A stretch of DNA of 64,000 nucleotides, from the NCBI GenBank assembly GCA_013239625.1, contig MU053876.1:175394-239393 (forward strand), read 5' to 3'. The DNA comes from Lama guanicoe. Taxonomy: Eukaryota. A model generated the notes under the pieces. The model worked only from the letters and a program-made list of their open reading frames with translations. It searched no databases and had not been told where the DNA came from. Both the position numbers and the translations under genes were made by a program. Positions 26,774 to 40,100 of the stretch are shown here, in pieces (position 1 is the first letter of the stretch; every line of letters starts with the position of its first letter).

Positions 26774-26920
26774 GGCGGGAGGGTACAGCTCAGTGTAGAG
26801 CGCGCGCTTAGCATGCACAAGGTCCTGGGATCAATCCCCAGTACCTCTGCTAAATAAATAAATAAATAAATAACCCCCCGCCTCAATACTACATTGGCTT
26901 TTTTTTTTTTAATTTTAAAA
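26774..26920 (+). mobile_element. tRNA-derived SINE (Vic-1-like) with degenerate TSD
   Basis: gggagggtacagctcagtgtagagcgcgcgcttagcatgcacaaggtcctgggatcaatccccagtacctc plus (taaa)n tail; flanks taaaataagaa.. on both sides. Confidence 0.9.
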
Positions 26921-27819
26921 ATAAAATAAGAATATGCATTTTTATTTAAATACCTCTTTACAATTTTAGATATGATTTAACTGGCATTCTTATAATTACT
27001 AATGTCCGTAATTAGTGCTATGTAAATTAAAAATTAATCTAAATATCATTTTATGAGAACTGAATAATCTCTATGTTCAAAACTAGAACTGTTTTTAAAA
27101 TAAAATGAGATAGGAATAAAGTATTTCAAAGTCTATCAGCAATAGCCTACTATTGCATAGTGAGTTGCAATAACTGAGAACTAATCTTTTGAATATAAAT
27201 TGTTTCTGGTAAGCCAAAAGAAAATGTGAAATACAAAAAAAGGGTCACAGCTTCTACCCTGACATGGCTAAAGTAAAAGTTGCTGAATTCCAGAAAAGAA
27301 AAAGCAGCACAGAAAATGTCAACAAAAGCACTTTCTTGTAGTTTGACCAGATACGTTATTGAAGAAAAAAATTTGAGAGACAGTTTTCTTACATTTTCAA
27401 ACACTGAAACATTCTGACAGGCAAAGGAACTCTCAAAAATGAAATGGAAAAGTTGTAAAAATGTTATATTGCAGGAAGAATCTAAAGGATCTAGAAACTT
27501 ACAGTAATAAGAATATATTTGAAGTTGATACATTTACATTTTTAAAAAATGCAAATTATTAACAAATGTGTTAGCTAAAATGTATTAATTTTATATTTAT
27601 GTATCCAGGTAAAATACTATGAGGGCAAAAGCAAGATTATAAATGTATACGATGTTATGACTGAAACTATATTTTATCAGCTAGGATTCATTTTGATGCA
27701 AGTGCTAGCTTAAGCCAAAATATTAGAAAATTAAAATAAAAAGGAAAGAAATCAGAAAAAAACCCTATTGGTTCATATATCAAAAGTGAGCAGCATGGGT
27801 AACATGAGGCACAGATAAA

Positions 27820-29230
27820 TTCAGGACTACATCAACATACAAAAATCAGTAGCATTTCTTTACACTAACAACAAACTATCCCAAAATGAAATCAAGAAAA
27901 CAATCTCATTTACAAGAGCATCAAAAAAAATAAAATACTTAGGAATAAATTTAACCAAGTAGGTGAAAGATCTGTAAACTGAAGTCTATATAACACTGAT
28001 GAAAGAAATTGAAGATGACACAAATAAATGGAAAGATATCCAGTGTCCGTGGAATGGAAGAATATTGTTAAAATGTCCATGCTACCCAAAGGGAGCTACA
28101 GATTCGATGCAATCGCTATCAAATCCCTGTAGCATTTTTCATAAACACAGAAAATACAACTCTAAAATTCATGTAGAACCACAAAGACCCAAGAAGAGCC
28201 TTGAAAAGAGGACATTTTTGGCCTATCTGAAGGACAAAAACGAGGCTAGCATGACAGGTAACAGGTGCATGGAAGATTTCCTGTACAGATCTACTATCAA
28301 CTAGAAAAAAAAAAATCAGAGAACCAAATAGAAAAAAAAAGCCAAGAGACCTGAACAGATACCTCGCAAAAGAGGCAATCTAAATGACTAACAAATAGGA
28401 AAAGGTCCTCAAACTTAAAAGAGTTGTAAAGGAAATGCAAATCAAAGCTACAATGTGACACCACAGCACACTTACAAGCAAGGCCAATGTTAGAAAGACT
28501 GCCGATGCCAAGAGTTGACAGGGAAATAAACAAACTGGAAGTCTCAGACACAACTGGCTGAACTGCCGATTAGTAATCCCATTGGCAAATTTGCTTTCCG
28601 TTATCTACTAAATTTAATACACCCACTTCTAAGTATATACATAATGTAAATATACCTAATGTTTATATCCATCTCAATAGATATGTACAAGAACATTCAG
28701 AGCCAAAAACTGTAAATGGCTCAAATATTTATAACATGTAGAACAGAAAAATGAAATGGGACATATTTACATAGCAGAATACTTAATAGCAAGTTTAGTA
28801 ATCTTATATAGCAAAATGAACACACTCCTGCAACACAGAACTTGAGTGAATCTCAGAAACATACTGAATGAAAGAAGCCAGATACAAAAGAATACGTATT
28901 ATATGATTCCATATATATTCAGCTTTAAAACAAGTGGAACTAATTTGTGATGTTAAAAGTTAGAATAGTTGTTAGCTTTGGGTCAACGGGGTACAGTGAT
29001 TGCGAGGGGCCATGAGGTGGCTTCTGTGGGGCTGGCAGTGTTCTTCTAGGGTCCTGAAAACCATGACAGGTAAGGAGTGAGGGGAAGAAATTCATCTTGA
29101 CTCTGAATGTAGTTATACAAGCATATTTACTTAGTGCTAATTTGTGAGCTGTTCATCTATAATTTTTGTACTTTTCTGTACATATGGTACTGTTCTACAA
29201 AGTATTTATTTTAAAAATATATTACAGTAT
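27820..29230 (+). mobile_element. L1 ORF2 fragment (27820-28200) followed by an older L1 3' end
   Basis: MKEIEDDTNKWKDIQCPWNGR in ORF 27999; tgaatctcagaaacatactgaatgaaagaagccagatacaaaagaatac is typical of old L1 3' ends. Confidence 0.85.
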
Positions 29231-29243
29231 AAAGAATATATTT

Positions 29244-29346
29244 GGGGGGAGGGTATAGCTCAGTGGTAAAGTGTGTGCTTAGTATGCACGAGGTCCTGGT
29301 GTCAATCCCCAGTACTTCCAATTTAAAAAATTAAAAAGAAAAAAAT
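29244..29346 (+). mobile_element. tRNA-derived SINE (Vic-1-like)
   Basis: ggggggagggtatagctcagtggtaaagtgtgtgcttagtatgcacgaggtcctggtgtcaatccccagtacttcca plus A tail. Confidence 0.9.
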
Positions 29347-29349
29347 ACA

Positions 29350-29880
29350 GTTTAGGTAAGGAGATGATGTTTCGGCCCTGGGTAGAAATAGGGCTCTGAA
29401 GAAAAGTGGACCTACTCCATGTGTGTTTTAGAGGTAGGAGAGGTGGGACTCAGTGATGTACTGCGTGGAGGGAATAAGGGAAAGGTAGAGATCAAGATTT
29501 ACTACTAAACTTTCAGCTTAAGTAACTGGATCAAAGTTGGTAACATTTGTTTGTAGAAACACAGAATGGTTGATTGCATTAGGCGTTTGGAATTTGATTA
29601 TGAGGACAGAGAAGCTGCCACTGGATTTAAACGTGGAAGTCAATGATGATCTGAGCACAGTGCTGGGTTCATGGTGGGGATGAAATCCTGACTGGAGCAC
29701 ATTAAAGTGTAACTATGAAGTAAGGAAGTGAAGAAACAAGTTTTGAGTAGTCGTTTTTGTATTTATTTTCCTATGAATGGGGTGGAGAGAAATGCAGAAA
29801 GCGAAAGCTTGAAAGCACTGTGGGATCAGAGCAAGTTATGATGTGTATATGCAGGTAGCTGAGGAGAGGGAGTCTGGTAT
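29350..29880 (-). mobile_element. L2 remnant (others at about 10700-10900, 11430-12060, 12400-12720, 31060-31450)
   Basis: gacagagaagctgccactggatttaaacgtggaagtcaatgatgatctgagcacagtg...ggtggggatgaaatcctgactggag is typical L2 text. Confidence 0.6.
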
Positions 29881-30004
29881 AAAAAATTAAACTTGATTTA
29901 CCTAATAATTTTGGCAGGAAATTAGAATCCAATACAATTTACCTTCCCCTCTACGTACAAAACCAAAAGCCAATTTCTTCAATTTTGAGTTTTTTCTAAT
30001 CATT

Positions 30005-30149
30005 CTTTTTTTTTTTCCTTCCTTCCAGTTTTATGTATACTTTTGCGGGTGGTAATTAGATTTTTTTTTTTTTAAAGGCGTACTGGGGACTGAACCCAGG
30101 ACCTCATGCTTGCTAGGCAAGCGCTCTACCACTGAGCTATACCCACCCC
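30005..30149 (-). mobile_element. tRNA-derived SINE (Vic-1-like)
   Basis: gtactggggactgaacccaggacctcatgcttgctaggcaagcgctctaccactgagctataccc. Confidence 0.9.
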
Positions 30150-32555
30150 TCTAGAGAAGGCACTTTCTAAGAATCTTCTTTACTGCAAATGGTCAAATTT
30201 TTCTATTCTTTATGTTTTGCTAGGTTTAGGGATGGGGGAAAATTCTTATTTTTCTCTTTATTTCTTTTGCTTTAACAGTTTTATTGAGACATAATTCACA
30301 TACCACAAAATTCACCCATTTAAAGTGTACAATCATTTCTTTTTATGTTCTGGGTTCCTTCATCATGTTGAGGGGTTATCTGGTGTTAGTAACATTCAGT
30401 GTAAAACAACAACAGCAAAAAGTTTTAGAAACAGAACAGAGATATTTTCCTTCTAAACTTTTATTTCAACAGTTTAAATATAAAAAATATTTACTGTACA
30501 AAACAAGATTTCAGGAAAAAAAATTATCTATAAACTATTTCCAATTGTTTATAGTCAGGAAAGAACTCATAGTAACACTCTGAAAACTGGTTTTTTATTG
30601 TTGTTTTTTTCACTTTAGGGAGCTGACCCTCATTCTACATATCTGGTCTCCTGCGTATGTGAGAAAATTAACGTCTATTTGTTTAAACTACTATTTGCTC
30701 TCTTTCCAATTAGTTGTGGTCAAGAACATTCTTAAGGTATATGGCTTGGTCTTTGACCTCTTGTGTCTTGAGCTGTTGGTTCCTGGAGGAAATTATGTAG
30801 TCATGTCTATTGGTACCACTTCAAATTCATGGACTCCAAACTCAGATGAGCCCTCAACACGTCTTAAAGGCTATCCTTTTTCTGTAGTCCCTTTCCTCCT
30901 GCAATCCTTTAGTGATTATTCCAAACCTTCATAAATCTCAGACCATCCTCCTCATTCTCAAAAGACAAACCTATCTCCATCATTTCTCACCTCAATACCC
31001 AAGAACTTATCTAAAACTGCTCTCACTCTTACGTGCTGCCGTTTCAGACCTTGATTCTCTTTTCTTTGTTCTAAAACACTTCTTGAGGGTTTACTATGAG
31101 CCAGACATACTGCTAAAGCAAAGACAAGATTCCTCTTCTCAAGTAATATTATGAGACAAATGCGTATGGGGCACACCTAAGTGCGACTTTCAGGTGGCGA
31201 GTGGCAGGCTACTTAGGAGAGGTGATAGCCAAGCCAACCTGAAAAATGATTAAGTAGGAGTCACCGACCCTACTGTGTGCCCCAGCAGTCCCCGCCCCCT
31301 CTCCATGCCACTTGACACACTGTCTATTTAACGAAGTCCTCCACAAGGAAAGGAAAAGCCACTGGCAAGTCAATCTGCCTTGTTAACTGCTGTATCCCTA
31401 GCATTTAACAGAATACTTGCCAAAGAGAAGCACTGAATGAATGTTTATATTATGAAATAAGGAAAATAATATGAACGCCTAAGTTAAGACTGTCCTAGGA
31501 ATTACTAACATTCAAATTATTTAAAAACCAGGATGGCTGTGTGTGTCAGTTGAATACCATTTGTAGCTCTGGATTAAATTCTGGCTCCACTTCATTTGAG
31601 TTTTTTAAATGAAGGCAAGTCAGTTAAATGATCTGAATATCCTTCTATCATACGTACACTGATGGTAATAATACTCAATTCACAGGATGGTTTTAATGAT
31701 GAAACAGCATACGAAAAAATCCATTTCAGCGCTGGTACACTCAATACATATCATAAATGTTTGACTTCTCTTCTAGATTGTTTTTGAGTTAGATGTATAG
31801 TTAGGTAAGAAAATTAAAATATGCAGAAATCAGTACAGAATGAGAGCACTCTTTTGTGGAGGAAACTTCATGATTTTTCTCAAGTGCTCAACTCAGAAAG
31901 TGAATGCTTAGTTTGCTCCTAAACTTTAAAATGCATTTGTCCTTAATCTTCTCTATACTGTAAATTTAAAAATTTGCTATTTATTCATTTACCTAATTAA
32001 CAAATTTTTGCCTATATATCAACCTTAGATTATACCTAACGATTCAAGAGAACTTTATTAAGAGCATACTATTCATGCAATACTGTAATTTATCATCCCG
32101 GGACGAGTTTATGCAGTTATTGCTGGATAGCTTCCACCTGAATAAATGCTCCAAGATGCTTAATATTTTCCTTTGTTTGTTTGTTTTAATAATGAGGACA
32201 ACCGATAGATTTCAACAAAAGTAAGAAATCAAAGTGGAGTGGGAAGACACAGCTTAATAGCAGTATTTAAAGGCTGGTATCTTTTGCAGCAACTATATTC
32301 TTGAGCTTTAAATTTTTCCAAGGGAAAAGTTAAATAATGAGAAATGTGATAAATTGTGCTAACTGCCAACTTCAAACCTTAGTAATCAATTTATATGCTA
32401 TTTATGTCTACATTAGATGGCTTACAAGTATCCCAGTATTTTGTATTATTCAGAATATTGAGACTTGTGATAATAAAACAACAGGTCCAACAAGAATAAT
32501 TAAAATTAAGTTCTTCAGACTGTCTACCAAATCCAAGTGTTAAAAAAAAAGAATC

Positions 32556-32782
32556 GAAATTTGTAGATACTGTCAGGTATGTAGAATAGATTAACAAAAT
32601 TGCACTGTATAGCACAGGGAAATATACACAAGATTTTGTGGTAGCTCATAGCGAAAAAAAAATTTGACAATGAATATATTGTGTTTATGTAAACTGAAAA
32701 ATTGTGCTCTACACTGGAAATTGACACAACATTGTAAACTGACTATAACTCAATAAAATAAAATAAAATAATTTAAAAAAAA
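32556..32782 (+). mobile_element. 5'-truncated L1 3' end with TSD
   Basis: ...atagcacagggaaatatacacaag...gactataactcaataaaataaaat; flanked by ttaaaaaaaa(a)gaatc at 32540-32555 and 32773-32787. Confidence 0.88.
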
Positions 32783-34084
32783 GAATCAGAATTATGTCAG
32801 TAGCCTGAACAAGGAGAATATTCATTTCAGACCTCCTTAGTTATTTCTCCCTACATGTGACCTTTAGCTAAGCTATACTATCAAGGAAGTCACACAGTTG
32901 ATTTCTTCAAGGTAAAATTCTGTTCCACCAATGTTGCTGAAGAACAATCTTCAATTAAGTTGATCGCTTCCTTTAAATCACAAGATGGGGAAGGAGAATT
33001 TCAAGTTCATTTAATTAGAGAATTTCAATTTGTCATTCAAAAATGTAAATTTATACGTTGTCATTTATTTTCCTCATTTCAGAAATGTGTCATAATTCTA
33101 AGAAAAAAGTGGTAACTTTTTTTACTCTGGGTGCTAGTAACTATATAATTATGCTTCAAAAGTCACTATGCAGATATTGAGCAAAGGCATCTATCACTAA
33201 AGAGTTTTCAAATGAGGACATGCCAGTGGAATTAATTTTAAATTGCATAATGCAAAACTAAGAATGTGCTTCTTCCTCATGTCACATCTAAATTTGCAAA
33301 GAAATCATGACACACTGAGAATAGGAATATTGGAATTCTTGGAATGTTGGAAAGTTGGAATTCTTATCTTGGAAAGAAACAAACTAAAGATTTTCCCCTA
33401 GTCTGTCTAGTTTTCTTTTCAATTCCTTTGGAGAGGGTCCTCTCCTCTTCTGTCCTGAGAGGCAAGCCTGGACTGCCTGTCTTTCTGCATGATGAGACGG
33501 GGGAAGACAAGGAAGCAAATTAGTTTGATGAAAGACTTCGAAAAATGTCATATTCATCTTCCATCTTTCATCTGGGGCCTTAACAGCCCTGTGATGATCC
33601 TTCTGGCAGGATGATCCGCTGATTCCTGTCTCCACTGTGGATGCTTCTCCAGTGTATTCTCTGCCGAAGCCTCTTGGGCTCCCCTTTCACTCCACAGTGG
33701 GTTCATAGCTAGTTTCTCTCAGAATGTCTTTTGAAATCCTTTGTCCACTGTTGACACTCCAATCCTTTTTCTGTTCTGTGTATACTTTTTGGCACTTTAA
33801 CTCCAATTTTAATGTAAGGGAAAGAAATAAAATTGTCTATAATCTCAAATAAAACTTAACAATTTATTCTCCTTACAATATATTATGAATATTTTCCCAT
33901 ATCATTAGGTGTCTCTACTATTTAAGGCATTTTAGTTTTGAAGCTGAAATTATATTCTTTATTTACTCTTCAATTACGTACTTGAGACAATTCTAATAAA
34001 GTCCAAAGTAAAGCTCACAATATTTCTCCAATATTGGAGTCACTAGATAACGATTTTTAATATTTTATCAGTGATTTAGTGACT

Positions 34085-35060
34085 TTTAGTTATGTATTTT
34101 TGTTGTTGCTGCCTGTGCTTTTGGTGTCACATCCAAGAAATTGCCAAATCTGCTGTCAAGAAGCTTGCCCCTCATTTTTCTTCTAAGGGTGTTACAGTTC
34201 TAGCTTTTATATTTAGGTCTCTGATTCATTTTGACTTAATTTTTATGGTGAGGTTAGGGTCGAACTTCATTGTTCTGCATATGGATATTTAGTGTTCCCA
34301 ACACCATTTGTTGAAAAGACTGTCCTGTCTCCACTGAATGGTCTTGGCGCATTTGTTGAAAATCATTTGACCACTTATGTGGGGATTTGTTTTGAGCTCT
34401 GTATTCTATTCCATTGCTAACGTCTTTATGCCAGCACCATAATGTTTTGATTCTGCAGCTTTGTAATATGTTTTAAGGTCAGCAAATGGGAAGCCTCCAG
34501 CTCTGTTCTTTCTCAAAACTGTTTGGCTATTTAAGGTCCCTTGAGATTTCATATTCATTTTAAGATGGAAATTTTCCATTTCATTTTTATTTCTGATAAT
34601 AGCCGTCCTAATGAACGTGATGTTAATAATTTTATTCCAATCATCTATTTCCTTACTGTATTTTTTTATACTATCAGTTAGTGAGGGAGGCATGTTAAAA
34701 TCTTTTAATATTGTGGGGTTTTGCCCCAGTTCTGTCTAGTTTTGCTTCATATAATCTGAAGCTGTTTTATTAGACACATACAAACTTAGAATTTTTAAAT
34801 CTTATTGGAAGTAATACTTTTGTTTTCCTGAAAGTTTGCTTTGTCTCATGTTAACATACTATAAACAGGCTAATTTACTACAGTTTATTTGTGATCAATA
34901 TTTTTTCATCCTTTGCTATTATCTACAGATTTCTTATAATCTGAAAAGTTATTTTTTCTTAACCCAATATGATAATCTTTGTTTTCAGTAGTCTGTGTGC
35001 ATTCAATATAATACTGATATATTTGGTTTTAAATAAATCATCCTATAATGTGCAAAACAA
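34085..35060 (-). mobile_element. L1 ORF2 fragment plus adjacent older L1 remnant
   Basis: Minus ORF 34406-34693 ...KNRAGGFPFADLKTYYKA; caccatttgttgaaaagactgtcc. Confidence 0.8.
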
Positions 35061-37092
35061 TAAAACGAATGTCAATTAAGTCTATTTTTCCTAAAACTTT
35101 TAAAACATCATGAGGAGAACTAATCAAAATTATGAATGAGTACATATTATAATCAATATTGAAAACTTTTACCACTTTTTCAGCATAAAGGAGACTTGAG
35201 ACTGATATAATTTAGGTTGTGTAGGGGAAAAGTACACTTTCTCAAAATAACTCTTAACTAAAGGAACATTTTATAAACACATTATATAAAAATGTCTAAT
35301 GCTACAGTTTATAGTTGACAATATCCTTATTACTGTATAGTATTTCTCTTCTGACAATAAATAAACCTGTCTCAGTTTTTGTAAAGATCAAAGTCATTTA
35401 CATATAATTTTTCAAAGAATTTTCCTATTGTTGATTTAGTTTCAGAAAACATGGATTATGGAGTATTTACTTAATATCAAGATGCACAGAATTTTTCCTT
35501 AGACCTTTTCTTTTCTTCAACCCAAGCCATTATTTTTCAATTGGAGACATTCATATGCATATATTCTAAGTAAGTTTGCTCTATTGGGAAGATCATAGTT
35601 GTCCTCTGCCTAGTTGCATAGACATAACACTTTTTATTCTTTTAGACTCTATATACTATGTTTCATGCCTTTATAAAAATTATTGACCAAAACAGTAAAT
35701 GTGCAAACATAATGAATGAAATACTTAATGTCAAAAATTACATTTTTCATGAATGTAAATGTTATTGATAATTTTAATCATATTTCTGTTACTAAAAAGT
35801 TCTCAAGTTAAAATATAAGAAAATGTGTAGATATGGTTATTTCATTTCCATTTCAATCTAAACAAAGATGAAAAATTGTAAAAGTAAGAATAATCTGGCT
35901 TCTAAAACTCTTTCAGTTTTGAGCAATCACCTCAGGTACTACACTCAACATATCAGTGATTTTCTCAGTGTAGTTAAGTATTTCCAGGTAGTTATAGTTC
36001 AGCCTTATCTCTGATCTTTAAACTTCTTATCTAACAGGTATTTGTAACATATTAACTCATTTGCAATAATAAATATATCAAACGATCTGGTCAGGGTAAC
36101 AAAAGAAATATTTCAAATTGAAAATTTGGATTATTCCAGAAAAATGATTTGAAGGATGGGATAAGAACTTCTCTTATGACTTTTGTGCATAATATACAGG
36201 TAGTAACACAATTCATTATGAAGATTTAGCAGAACAATTGAGAATTGTGATGCTAGTTTAGTACGATCTCTGGAGAAAAACCTTTGTATTTCAGGCACAA
36301 AGGGAACGTACAACTTTGGTTTCTACCAGGGAGACTTGGTGTCAAAACCGTGATGATATCTTTCTGGCACATGTTCCAAAAAACACTAATGATTCAAGAA
36401 TACTTAAATCTATTCTGATGATATCTATTATCTGAAGATATAGGATCCTCCTCCATATGTGATGCCAAGTAAGAAGCAGAGACGTAATTATCAAACTAAT
36501 GCTGAAGAATGTTTTTGGAGTTCCCATTCTGAGAATTTTTAAATTTATAAAAAAGTCAATGATCATCTAAGAAATTAAATATTCTATAATCATAATCAGG
36601 GTCAACTGAATGAAAACTTTATAAAGGACTAAAGACACTCAGACACTGAAATTGGATCTCTTTAGTCCTTTATAGAAGCTGGTGGTAAAACAGGCTGGGT
36701 TAGATTAAGAACGGACCTCTAAAACATGCCAAGAAATCATTTCAGGGGTTTAAGAGTAGAAATGTAATGGTAAGATTTACATTTTTAAAAACTCATTTAG
36801 CTACATATAAAGGGTGAGTTGGAAACTAAGAAAAAAGGAAAAACTAATTAGAGGAAATTATAATACATAAGAAACTGTGGCACAGTAGAGACTACGAAAG
36901 ACATCCAAAAGATGCTGAGGGGTAAAATCCACAAAACCAGGTGAACAGAATGGTTATGGGATGAGAGGGTAGGGGGTTATTAAGGCCAAAAGGGAAGGAT
37001 ATAAAGTGACTGTCAAGAGAAAATAATTAGTAAAATTTCAATGAATTTAAAAAAACACGTCTTTTTGTTTTTGGACTTTTAAGAATCAATTG

Positions 37093-37149
37093 TTATGCTG
37101 ACAACAGAAATTGACACATTGTAACTGACTATACTTCAATTTTTTAAAA
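37093..37149 (+). mobile_element. Ultra-short (about 57 bp) L1 3' end with perfect 12-bp TSD
   Basis: aagaatcaattg at 37081-37092 and 37150-37161 flanks cagaaattgacacattgtaactgactatacttcaat. Confidence 0.85.
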
Positions 37150-40100
37150 AAGAATCAATTGACTGTTCATAGACAATTGAAAACTCTACACTAGGAAATT
37201 ATGTCTTTAAGTTTTTAACTATTACAAAATCAATGATTTCACTTTTATATCATGTGAATTGTACAACAGAGTTGGAAATTTTCCCCCTCTTTTGCTATAT
37301 AATCTATTTCAAAAATCTAGTTTAATTTCCTTCTATAGATCTTACTGACGTTTAATGTCATCCTTTCATTGCTGTTTATTTGGTGGCTTTATAAAATGTC
37401 TTTCCTCTGAAAAGCTGACTTTATCTTCTTGGCTTTTATAGTATAGATGTGAAAGTCTCAAAATAGAATTATTTCTCCCTCTCTTTCCATTTTAAATAGG
37501 GGGAAAAGTTTATTTTCTTCATAGGCACATATAGAAACTGTCGTGAAAAATTACTGGGAGTTTCTTGTCATGTTAAATTTCACATAGGTCTTATCTATGT
37601 GATTGATTTCTCTGTGATAGATTTTAATTTTTTGTGAGTCTTTTTAATTTTGGGGGGGAGGGGAGGTAGATTTTAATTCCTTACACATTAAAAAGCTATT
37701 TTGCCTGTTTCATCTCTGTGCCTAAAACAATGACACAATGGTAGGTACTGAGGGAATATTTGTTAAGTATTGAATAAATTAATGAACTCATATCTCAAAT
37801 AGTAAATGTGTAACTATCAAGCTTCAGAGAAGGGTTGCTCTTACTTCATTTAATAAGAAGTCCAGTTGAGACTTCTTATTGGACATATGTTTCCAAAAGA
37901 AAGTCACTGCATTTGCTAACTATGCATACAATTGTGACACTCATGTTTATTTTTTAAAAAATGAAAGCTGTCAGAAGCTAAGTCCTCCTGACTGCAAAGC
38001 ATTTCAAGTCAAAAAGTTATTATGAAGCAGACTGTATGCCCAGGACAAGGCTGGCAGCAAGAGACAGTAGCATACATCTCTTGTGTAAATGGAACGTAAA
38101 ATGCCATAGTGGTTTGATATCTACTAATCTGTCCATCTCAAAAGCAAAGGAACGAGATCTCCTTTCACAGTTAGGAACTTGATAATGTCTCTTTTCTCCC
38201 TGAATTCATATTTTTATCTCACTTCCCTCACCTAAGCTTATCCATAAGCTTAAACATATTTTAGTGCTTGAAAATATTTCGAATTGGTCATCATATCACA
38301 TTTCCCTACATAAAGAACTGTATTTAAAAATTCCAAGAACATAAACTTTAAAAATTGTCAGCAATATTGTATTATCATTAAACACAACTGATCAAATGAG
38401 AAACTTATTACGTGTTATGATCATTATAAAATATCACAAGTCAGCTTTTACTGGAAATGCATCTCTTAAAGAAATGCATACCCCCTCCCCATTTAGGTCA
38501 TGTATCCAGGATGAATATTGTTTGTTGCTACAAAGAAATAGGCTGCATGCTAATTCTATTCTTATATTTCGTATTCTTCCATTCCAATTATTGGGAGCAG
38601 GAGTATTTCTGGTTATACCAATAATTATTCTTTTGAACTACTAAGCTGTGTACCAAAAATCACATAGGGGTATGTCATAAAATTATTTTTAATGATCAGC
38701 TGACAACTCAATTGAGTGCTTCTGCAATATTCTCAAAAGCCACTGGAAATTACCATTCTTGCAAAACAATCAGCTACCCAGTCATTACAATCGTTTACTT
38801 TCTAAACAAGACTTAGATATGAAAGGTATTGCCTTGTTTGCAGAGTGAGAGGAGGACAATTACCAAAGAGGAAAGGGGCAAGGTGCCTGGATCAGGCACA
38901 CCCCGAGGCACATCAATTTTAGGGCAGAAACATGCAAGTTGGCAACCTGAAAATTAATACCCATAAACTATCATTCACATAACTGCCTAAAAAGTCTTCA
39001 TGTACTGTCTAAGATTAAGGGTTAGGGATATGTGATGATGCCTAGTTTGAAGACTGCTGCTTCAGGCACACATAGATTCAGATAGACACAGTGTAATAGA
39101 AGTCATGAACTTTGATAACGCAGTTCACAACCTTCTGTGTGTGTATGTGTACTTTGCAGGTATGTGTGTGTGCGAGATGAGGTGTGGGACAAAAGAAAGA
39201 AAAAAGACTATGTATGCCCAGATAATAGATTTTTTCATTTTTGGTAGTATTTTTGAATCTGCTTTTTATCTCTGCCACTGAAACCATCTCCTTACCCTAA
39301 AGCTCTTAACTTGGACACATGCTAGGTAGGGGAGAAGAGGAAGAGTGCTTTTAAGACAATACTGATGAAATTGAAGCTGATATTAACATGAAATGAAACA
39401 CTGCCATTTCAACTTAAAGGTTCTGCCATCTTAATTCTGTTCTGCTGATACTGAAAAGCCACATCTACAGAGACACAGAAAAAAAGATCCCTTCGGTGGT
39501 GTGAGCTAAATAAAATTAAATTAATACAAAATTTAAATCACTAATCAAATGTTTGCTTTAAAAATTTTCCTCTAAAGGTGATTTCTCTCTCCTCTAACAG
39601 TATATATTCGCCACAGCTTAAAAATGCTTAGCTCTCATTTGAAAAAAAAACAAAGAACACTTTTTTCATTGTTTTAATGCACTGCTTAATTAAACAAAAA
39701 TAAGATTTGAAGCAGCTGTAAAAATGCGTGATTGCCTAAAAACAAGAGAAACAGGCTGAGCCACAGGAATTGTGCCAGGGCCCATATTCTTTGTTCAGAC
39801 GCGGCTTTGAAATCCAACCTAAGCCAGTGAAAAAGGGAACTTTGCTGAAGCCAGTTCCATACCCTTCAGGAGCAGCTCTTGACAGAAAACATTAGGGCCC
39901 TGGTGCAAGGATGGGAGGAGATGGAAAAAGGTCCCGGGGGGAGAAACTCTTGTGATGTGTATTTTTTTTGTTCACAACGTGTAAACAGGACACTTTACAC
40001 TTAAAAAAATGCCTTATGCCCAGTGTTGAACTCATTCCAAAAATGGCCATTTTATAACAAGTATATATTTCAAAGCCTTGAATTGTTTTGAACATGTCAG

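Noticed and set aside
26774..26860. tRNA-like sequences (also 1720-1797, 29244-29320, 30078-30149)
   Set aside because: They have A-rich tails, TSDs and degenerate stems, so they are tRNA-derived SINEs rather than tRNA genes.
36349..36418. C/D-box snoRNA-like GTGATGA...CTGA at about 70-nt spacing
   Set aside because: It is antisense to the host intron, has no terminal stem and no recognisable rRNA guide, and tgatgatatct is locally duplicated, suggesting chance or repeat origin.
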